Below the pieces are notes generated by a model that was given only the letters and a program-made list of their open reading frames with translations, did not search any database and was not told the origin of the DNA. From a virus: a stretch of DNA of 64,000 nt. Below, piece by piece: positions 57,193-64,000 of the stretch (position 1 is its first letter; each line of letters starts with the position of its first letter). The stretch lies in IMG/VR virus record IMGVR_UViG_3300032220_001630, positions 39,136-103,135 of that record; one strand, written 5' to 3'. Made by a program: the position numbers and the translations under genes.

Positions 57193-58092
57193 ATGGCAGT
57201 AACAATCACAGAAATCCTTGGAACCGATTCGATTTCAGGTTCTAGATTAACAATTAATGCAAACTTTTTATTATTAGAGAACGCTTATAATGATCTTGAG
57301 AATACTTTTAACATTAATGTGTTAACTGGATCGATGGATGTATCAACGGCATCTAGCGGACAGATAAAAGCAAAAGCATTTATTTCCAATAGTTTAGTGA
57401 TGCCTTCATCAGGAAGCCCAACTATTGAAATATACGGAACAGGTGCAAGTGCAGGTTATATGGTAGCTTCCAGTACAATTGCAGGAGCAACTGGTATTTT
57501 CTCTAATGTTCTTCAAGTTAATACATTTTCAGCAACAGGAGCAGCTACTTTTGGAGCAACCGCTTCTTTCCAAGCACAAACAAATATAAACGGAGCATTA
57601 ACTTTTGGAGCTTCTGGATCTATAGTTAATACTAATAGAAAAGCAAGTGTTGGATCTACCACAGCTTTTCCATCTGCACCAGCTTCTGGTGTTACTGGAA
57701 CATATGCTAATCCTTATGCTTTGAATTTCACAGAGAATGTAATTTATATTCAATCAGATTATTCAGCTGGTGGTTATTCTGGATTTTTCTTCTATGCAAC
57801 TACTGGATCTGGAGCAACCGCTTCTGATATTCCTGCAGGATTCACTGTCACTCTTATAGATACAGCAACTAGTGGAGGAATAATAGCTACTGGAGTAACA
57901 GGAGGAGGAGCTCAATATTATACAGGATTTAATGAAGCTGATGGACAATACAGTCCTACCTCTATTACTACAACTCCTAACCCTTATAAATCTTCAGTTA
58001 CTCTTATGTGGGAACCAAGAATAGCACAAGGAGATGCTACACAAAAAGGATCATGGGTAGTTATTTCAAGCACTCCTAACTGGACATTCTAA
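57193..58092 (+). CDS. Ser/Thr/Gly/Ala-rich virion fibre-like protein
   Basis: Start at ATG 57193 (MAVTITEILGTDSISGSRLTINANF, a fibre-anchor-like N-terminus). Confidence 0.7.
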   Translation: MAVTITEILGTDSISGSRLTINANFLLLENAYNDLENTFNINVLTGSMDVSTASSGQIKAKAFISNSLVMPSSGSPTIEIYGTGASAGYMVASSTIAGATGIFSNVLQVNTFSATGAATFGATASFQAQTNINGALTFGASGSIVNTNRKASVGSTTAFPSAPASGVTGTYANPYALNFTENVIYIQSDYSAGGYSGFFFYATTGSGATASDIPAGFTVTLIDTATSGGIIATGVTGGGAQYYTGFNEADGQYSPTSITTTPNPYKSSVTLMWEPRIAQGDATQKGSWVVISSTPNWTF

Positions 58093-58108
58093 TTAATTTT
58101 AAAAATAA

Positions 58109-60292
58109 ATGGCAAAAACACCATACATACGTCCAATATCAGTTCAAGGTGGAACTTTTTATACTTTTTCTTCTGCTGCTGAGGATCTATCACTTACTTT
58201 CAACAACTCTCTAAAGAAGTTCAAGTTTTCAAAGTATGCTCTTCTAAAATTACCAGAATTTGGTAGACCAACTTATGGAGAGAATACTTTCCAATTTGAT
58301 GCTATAGATACTACATTTTTGGATGCTGCATATGGAGATTTTGTTCTTTCTAATCCTAATAACCTTAGTCCCTCGCCAGAGATTTCTTTTCAAAACTATT
58401 GTTTGAATCTAGAATCTACTGTCATTTCTGATTCAAACTACAATCCTGAATTAAAAAGAAATGTATCGGAGAGAGTTTTTTGGAAGTGGGTTAAAGAAGT
58501 TGGAGGAATTAGATACAGAAGTGCTAATACAAATGAAGTTGTTGCTTCACTTAATCAGGTAACTACATCTACCATTGACGGATATCCTTATTCAGATAAA
58601 AGATGGGTTGAAGAGGACACTTATTTAACTGGTAACGGAACTCCTACACCAAGATATGACAGAATAGTTCAATACGTCGGGGAAATAGACGTTGTGAATT
58701 CTGTTCAGAATTCAGATAATGCTTATTCTGAGGTTTATATCCACGTTCCAACGGGAGACGGGGCAACACCTTACGTCCTTTTTAAAACAGTAGCTGACGA
58801 AAATTATTATCCAGATAGAACATGGACACACAATCCAACAGATCCACTTGATACAGAATATATTCAAGGTAGAGATTCTGCTAGCGGTTTATATGGTCCT
58901 AATGGATTACCTAAACTTGCAATATTTGACCAGGACGTTCTAGGAGAACCTGGAGTAAGCGGAACATCATCTACTGGAGCATTTACTTCTAATTGGTATT
59001 CACCAAGAGATGAAGCAAATTCTTATTTCAGTGATCCTTCTTTTTTCGATGCTTCAAATTATGAAATAGAAAAATACGTAGCAGCTACCGGATTAGGTGG
59101 TTATACAGTTACATATAAAAGAAGTAATCTTGATGGAGTACAGATAGATTTTGAACCATCTTCTTATAAAGCTATACAAAATTATGTAGGCATAACAACA
59201 ATAGAAGAATGGAACGGAACTCCATCAACAACCTCTTTTGAGTTTAATGTAGTTTTAGTTTATTACGACGTTTACGATCCTAATAATCCAACTGACTCAG
59301 AAACTAATCTTTATGGAATTTTATTCCTTAATGATCCAGAACCGGTTTCAACTAATGCTGCTAAGCTTCCAAACTTTAAAAAATTCAAGCCAGATCCAAT
59401 TACTAAGTTAAATGGTAATTCTTATGGATTTAAGATTAATTTAAAGTTTGACACTGACGTAGAAAGTACGGGTGTAGAACAAGCTATTAATGATTATTCT
59501 TCTTTCTCTCTTTCCATCTTCATGGATGCTGCAACAGTATTACAAGATGCTGCAAAAAATCTTAATGATAGAACATTAGAGATAATGGGATTACAAGATG
59601 AGGTAGCAGCTCTAAAAGATCTTATTATAAATACTGACGATAGTGAGGAGATCAAACAAAGATTAACAACCGTTGAAAATTCATTACAAGCTAATCAAGC
59701 TCTTTTTGAAAATACACAAGATATTCTAAGTTTAATCGAAAAGAACAGCGATAGTATTCAGGACATTTTACAGAACCAAACATCTATAACAATGTCTTAT
59801 AATCTGGATCTACTAAAAGACGGGGACGGAACAACTGTAGATAGATCAGTACCTAACATATTAAGAGTGGATGTTACACAACAGGATTACAACATAAGTA
59901 ACAATTCTTTGTTTACTATAAATCCTGCAGCTGGAAATACTATTCCTCTTGAGATTTATACAAACTATCTAAAGCATAAAAACAACGGATTATCTATTAC
60001 TGCAACGAATGATATAGTTCTTAGAATAGACGATTCTTTAGCTAAATGGAAAAAAGGGCAAGTATTAAGATTGGTCATCGGAGATGATATAGATCTTGGT
60101 AATTATTCTCTTGTGATCCTTACTGATGCTTTAGGTGAATATCCAAAAGGAACACCATCAGGAGTTCCTTATTCGACAGTAGTTGCTGGATTTACTAATA
60201 GTAGTTTCAGTAGCTCTTCTTATAAGCCAATTTTTGATATTGTTTGTATAGATGATATCAATCTAATATTTGAAGTAGATCAAATAAAATAA
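58109..60292 (+). CDS. Putative structural protein with central coiled coil
   Basis: 727-aa ORF in the structural run. GGTFYTFSSAAEDL, FQNYCLNLE, ERVFWKW and a heptad segment. Confidence 0.7.
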   Translation: MAKTPYIRPISVQGGTFYTFSSAAEDLSLTFNNSLKKFKFSKYALLKLPEFGRPTYGENTFQFDAIDTTFLDAAYGDFVLSNPNNLSPSPEISFQNYCLNLESTVISDSNYNPELKRNVSERVFWKWVKEVGGIRYRSANTNEVVASLNQVTTSTIDGYPYSDKRWVEEDTYLTGNGTPTPRYDRIVQYVGEIDVVNSVQNSDNAYSEVYIHVPTGDGATPYVLFKTVADENYYPDRTWTHNPTDPLDTEYIQGRDSASGLYGPNGLPKLAIFDQDVLGEPGVSGTSSTGAFTSNWYSPRDEANSYFSDPSFFDASNYEIEKYVAATGLGGYTVTYKRSNLDGVQIDFEPSSYKAIQNYVGITTIEEWNGTPSTTSFEFNVVLVYYDVYDPNNPTDSETNLYGILFLNDPEPVSTNAAKLPNFKKFKPDPITKLNGNSYGFKINLKFDTDVESTGVEQAINDYSSFSLSIFMDAATVLQDAAKNLNDRTLEIMGLQDEVAALKDLIINTDDSEEIKQRLTTVENSLQANQALFENTQDILSLIEKNSDSIQDILQNQTSITMSYNLDLLKDGDGTTVDRSVPNILRVDVTQQDYNISNNSLFTINPAAGNTIPLEIYTNYLKHKNNGLSITATNDIVLRIDDSLAKWKKGQVLRLVIGDDIDLGNYSLVILTDALGEYPKGTPSGVPYSTVVAGFTNSSFSSSSYKPIFDIVCIDDINLIFEVDQIK

Positions 60293-60299
60293 TTAAGAA

Positions 60300-63200
60300 A
60301 TGTCAAATACGAAAAATTCATTTTCATCGTTAATAGCTCAATTTCTAAGGCTGCAAAAAAACTCTTTAGAAATAATCAACAAATTAAATGATGTTGCAAC
60401 ATCATCAAAGGATTCTGTTGAGATAGAATTTTTGATGGATGATAACACATCTGAAAATATACAGATTCCATCATACGGATTTCTTAAGTCTGAGATCAAC
60501 CGATTAGATCAAAACATATTAGCTCTTTCTGGAATGGAAGATAACACAGCTAATATTAGAAAATCTGATGGAACTGTTGCTAAGATCTATCAGGCAACTG
60601 TTCTTAAAGATCCAAATTCCCCTAGTAGTTTACAAGTACCTGGTACATTCCAGGCAAGAAATAACTGGTTTTTTGAATCGTTTCTTAATCCTCTTCTTTA
60701 CATTTCAGTTGATGTAGAAAATCAGATACCGGATAATTCTGAGAAGGTATTAGTTAAGAGAATCATAGCAAGCACACAATCTGATATACAAAAGCAATAT
60801 TTTGATGCTAATATAAAAGGTAGAAATGATCTATCCGATGAAGATTATATTGCAGCTCTTGAAAGCCAAGGAATAGCTTATTTTACCGACGAGCAAATAA
60901 ATGAATTAGAATTAAGAACTATCAGATATACTGGATCTTTTGGAGTTCTAAGAATTTTTGACGAAGAAACTCAAACTACAGAGAACGGAATAACTACAAC
61001 CAATACTGTAAGAAAATACAAACTTAGCACTTTCAGATATAATGACACTTTAGCTACTACGACTGATTCTAGAACACTAGCTAAAGGTGATCAACTTATA
61101 ACTCCTGGAGGAACTAAATATGAAATCTCTTCAATAGATTATACTGATTATACAGTTTCTTTGAGAAGATTATTTGGTTTCGAAGCTATACAGATTGGAG
61201 ATGGATCACTAACTATATTCTCAAATACACTTTCAAATAGAACTGTAGAGGTTAACGTTGGATTTGATGAGAGACAGGCAATATTTATAAAATCTATAGA
61301 TGGGGATTTTAATGTTGCATCTAGCAGTTACAGCCCAGGAATAACTTTCTGGTCAAATGAATTACAGATTAATACTTCGGATGGTGTTCAAACACTCTCT
61401 GATTTTTATAATTCACAAGTTTCCGATTTTGGACAAATCTTTATAGCGGCAGCTAAAGAAAAAACTATCCCTGCAGTTTACGGACAATCTCCAGCTGCTC
61501 CTATAGTTTCTGCTGAAAATTTCAAGGTTGTTCAGGTTAATTCACAAATAACAGATTCGAAAGAAAATAAAGCTTTCAAAGAAAAGATCCAAGTAAAAAC
61601 TTCTCTTAAGAATGAGATATCCTCAATCGACAGAGCAATAGATCAAACAAGAAAGCAAATCTCTGATCTAACAACCACTTCCACTAAGAAGGCACCTACT
61701 GCTGAATTTAAGAAGTTAAGTGATAAGATCACAACCCTTACTAAAGATAAAACAAACAAAACTGATCTCTTATCTACAACCATAACAGATCTTAATAACA
61801 TCACAACAACAACTCCAGCTTTGGTTGAACCTCCTAAGTATAGAGTTAGAGGATTCTGGCCTATACCAGAGCCTATAACAGATGCTAAAACAGGGGAACA
61901 GAATATTATTCAATTCAATGTAAGATACAGATATCTTTCGTTAACTGGTAATCCTAACGGAACAACTCAGATAGATTTTGTTGACAATGACGGTGTAAAA
62001 AGAGCAGGACAATTTTCAAACTGGACACAGTTTAAGAGCGATTTAAGAAAGAAAGTATATGATGAGAATACTGGAACATATACATGGAAAATTGAAGACG
62101 TAAGCGATGCTAATACGGTAAATATTAACCAGCTAGACGTAGCTATCACAAGAGGAGAAAAGGTAGAAATTCAAGTACAGGCAATATCTGAAGCTGGATG
62201 GCCAACCAACCCATTAACTTCTGATTGGTCTACTTCTATAACTGTAGATTTCCCTGCTGATCTTGCTGTTCAGATAGACAATACTCCTTTTATAACTCAG
62301 AACATGAGTGACCAAACTATTGTTCAAATACAAGCTGAGTTACAAGCTAAAGGATTAGATCAACATCTTTCAACATCTTTCACATCTGGAGATAAGTATT
62401 ATGGACACACGTCCAATGCAATATCTTCTGGATTTTTTGATGCAAACGGGGTTGCTATAGATTTATTCCAAAAATTAACTCAAATTGATAACGAGTTACA
62501 GTCATTAAGAGCATTAATAGCAAAAGCAAAAGGAACTCTTGGAGTTTATATCAGAAGTGGAAACGCATCAACAAAAGTAAATCCTGGAAGTACAGTAAAT
62601 CTATTTGCTGGATATTATGATCAATTAATAGATCTATCAAATCCTAACAACAAAGGAAAGATCGCAACTGTAACATATTACATAGAACTAAGAAATGAAG
62701 CTGCAACTCCTTTAGAGCTTTCTTCTTTAATACCGGGGGGTCAAGGTGTACATGCACCACAGACAATAGTTGGACAAACAGACTATAACAATAATAGAAA
62801 ATACGGAGATACTCCTCTTCAGTTATCTGGTGTGGTTGCGTCACAGGTTGATACAACAGCTCCTGGTGATTTTGTTCAAGCTCTTGGATATCAAAGTGGG
62901 AATGCTTACTCTCAATTTGTTTACCCTAGATACAAGAGCGTGGGGTTAGACGAGAATTTATATTTTACACCTGCCACTTCATTACCTTGGGGAATATCAA
63001 ACGGTACTTCAAATTTACCAATAAATAACTATGGTATATTAATGCCATTTGATCCTGCTACTACTTCTGCACCTAATCTAGGTACTAATATAAATATATG
63101 GAACGGAGCATATACTTCTTCAGTTCCTGATGGATCTGGATATCTGAATGAATTCTGTGTTCACGTTTCTCATCCATCTTTAAATGGCGATGTTTTCAGT

Positions 63201-63782
63201 GATCTTGAAAGACCTGCTGTTACTACAAGTACAATGGTTTATCCAGCTTTTAGACATGCTCTAGGATTTGAGGTAGATGCTAATAGTACAAGTTCAGGAA
63301 CTGGAGGTACTCAAACATTAGCAATACAGCAATTAGAATTTTATAGTGCTAGCTCTAGTGCAGCTTTTGGTACCGATGACAATGCTTATCCTAATAAATT
63401 AGGATTTGTTGAATCTGACGAGTATTTATGCGGAAAATTCTCTTGCGGATCGTATTTATTTATTGCCCCTACTAATCACACTGCAGTACAGGTGGAAGGA
63501 TCAACACAGCTAGCTAAGAAAACATTAGAATTTGGACAAGAAAATTCTATAACAGTTCCTATAATTTTCCAAATGAGAGCTCAGGATAAATTAGGATATG
63601 TTGGAGGATGGAGACAGGCAGGTAACCTTAAAAATATAACTTACAGTAAGAAAATAGGTATTGATGTACAGGTTAAGAATGAGGATTTATTTTCATTCGA
63701 TGTACTTATATCAGGAAGCTATACTAAGACATCTCTAGTATCTCCAGCTTATTCTCAAACAGTAATCACATCTAAGAAATAA
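60300..63782 (+). CDS. Large putative structural protein (coiled coil plus FN3-like segment)
   Basis: 1160-aa ORF containing YRVRGFWPIP...IQVQAISEAGWPTNPLTSDWS. Confidence 0.7.
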   Translation: MSNTKNSFSSLIAQFLRLQKNSLEIINKLNDVATSSKDSVEIEFLMDDNTSENIQIPSYGFLKSEINRLDQNILALSGMEDNTANIRKSDGTVAKIYQATVLKDPNSPSSLQVPGTFQARNNWFFESFLNPLLYISVDVENQIPDNSEKVLVKRIIASTQSDIQKQYFDANIKGRNDLSDEDYIAALESQGIAYFTDEQINELELRTIRYTGSFGVLRIFDEETQTTENGITTTNTVRKYKLSTFRYNDTLATTTDSRTLAKGDQLITPGGTKYEISSIDYTDYTVSLRRLFGFEAIQIGDGSLTIFSNTLSNRTVEVNVGFDERQAIFIKSIDGDFNVASSSYSPGITFWSNELQINTSDGVQTLSDFYNSQVSDFGQIFIAAAKEKTIPAVYGQSPAAPIVSAENFKVVQVNSQITDSKENKAFKEKIQVKTSLKNEISSIDRAIDQTRKQISDLTTTSTKKAPTAEFKKLSDKITTLTKDKTNKTDLLSTTITDLNNITTTTPALVEPPKYRVRGFWPIPEPITDAKTGEQNIIQFNVRYRYLSLTGNPNGTTQIDFVDNDGVKRAGQFSNWTQFKSDLRKKVYDENTGTYTWKIEDVSDANTVNINQLDVAITRGEKVEIQVQAISEAGWPTNPLTSDWSTSITVDFPADLAVQIDNTPFITQNMSDQTIVQIQAELQAKGLDQHLSTSFTSGDKYYGHTSNAISSGFFDANGVAIDLFQKLTQIDNELQSLRALIAKAKGTLGVYIRSGNASTKVNPGSTVNLFAGYYDQLIDLSNPNNKGKIATVTYYIELRNEAATPLELSSLIPGGQGVHAPQTIVGQTDYNNNRKYGDTPLQLSGVVASQVDTTAPGDFVQALGYQSGNAYSQFVYPRYKSVGLDENLYFTPATSLPWGISNGTSNLPINNYGILMPFDPATTSAPNLGTNINIWNGAYTSSVPDGSGYLNEFCVHVSHPSLNGDVFSDLERPAVTTSTMVYPAFRHALGFEVDANSTSSGTGGTQTLAIQQLEFYSASSSAAFGTDDNAYPNKLGFVESDEYLCGKFSCGSYLFIAPTNHTAVQVEGSTQLAKKTLEFGQENSITVPIIFQMRAQDKLGYVGGWRQAGNLKNITYSKKIGIDVQVKNEDLFSFDVLISGSYTKTSLVSPAYSQTVITSKK

Positions 63783-63789
63783 TTAGAAA

Positions 63790-64000
63790 TTGGCAAGGAA
63801 AATAATAAAACAGACGGCTTCGTTTGGGGTTCTTAGGGCTAATCCAAGAATTTCTGGTAATGTAAAAATTACGGTTGATTCAAATAGCGATATTTGGCTT
63901 AATTCGATAGACTCGAATCAAGAAATGTCAAACCAAGCATATAAGGGATTTAGAATATCCCCTGAATCATCTTTTGACAGGGATCTTTATACCTTTTTCA
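63790..64000 (+). CDS. 3'-truncated structural-region protein (TTG start)
   Basis: Open to the window end: MARKIIKQTASFGVLRANPRISGNVKITVDS... Confidence 0.7.
   Translation, partial: MARKIIKQTASFGVLRANPRISGNVKITVDSNSDIWLNSIDSNQEMSNQAYKGFRISPESSFDRDLYTFF

Noticed and set aside
1-64000. Eukaryotic giant virus (NCLDV) origin
   Set aside because: Contractile-tail baseplate and neck genes, overlapping operons and intrinsic terminators indicate a bacteriophage.
1-64000. Stop-codon reassignment
   Set aside because: Genes are full length in code 11. TAG (9141, 16302, 21440) and TGA (3367) end genes at natural boundaries.
1-64000. tRNA, rRNA, introns/inteins, transposases
   Set aside because: None recognised by eye and intergenic gaps are short. 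A covariance-model search would be needed to exclude small RNAs.

Overview
AT-rich, gene-dense segment of a large T4-like (contractile-tailed) jumbo phage genome using the standard genetic code. The host is probably Bacteroidota; this is inferred from Bacteroidota-type domains and the near absence of Shine-Dalgarno sites. Layout: (i) 1-8.4 kb holds putative head-internal proteins with T4 capsid-targeting-like motifs, a dNMP-kinase/AsnB pair, and a RimK ATP-grasp/retropepsin fusion next to an almost pure poly-Glu protein. (ii) 8.5-27.7 kb is a 26-gene, apparently all-soluble glycan locus: about 12 glycosyltransferase-like genes, 5 methyltransferases, fcl/gmd, kdsD/kdsA, WbqC, PIG-L and GSCFA, with no flippase, polymerase or priming transferase. 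(iii) 29.7-64 kb is a baseplate/neck module (gp53-, hub-, gp5-, gp13-, gp25-, gp6-, gp7-like), interrupted by a ribosomal protein S1 homologue, an amidoligase-like gene, a YegP cassette and an inverted phoH. Two recurring promoter-like motifs are visible: G(A/G/AA)TATATA, four times exactly 4 nt before the ATG (suggesting leaderless late mRNAs), and G(A/G)AA(C/T)-N17/18-TATAAT-like. The best candidates for new biology are a late-expressed poly-glutamate writer/eraser (RimK-RimB fusion) beside a poly-Glu head protein, a leaderless-late-mRNA plus phage-S1 translation switch, and a self-contained virion glycosylation pathway. All family calls come from motif recognition by eye, not from database searches.
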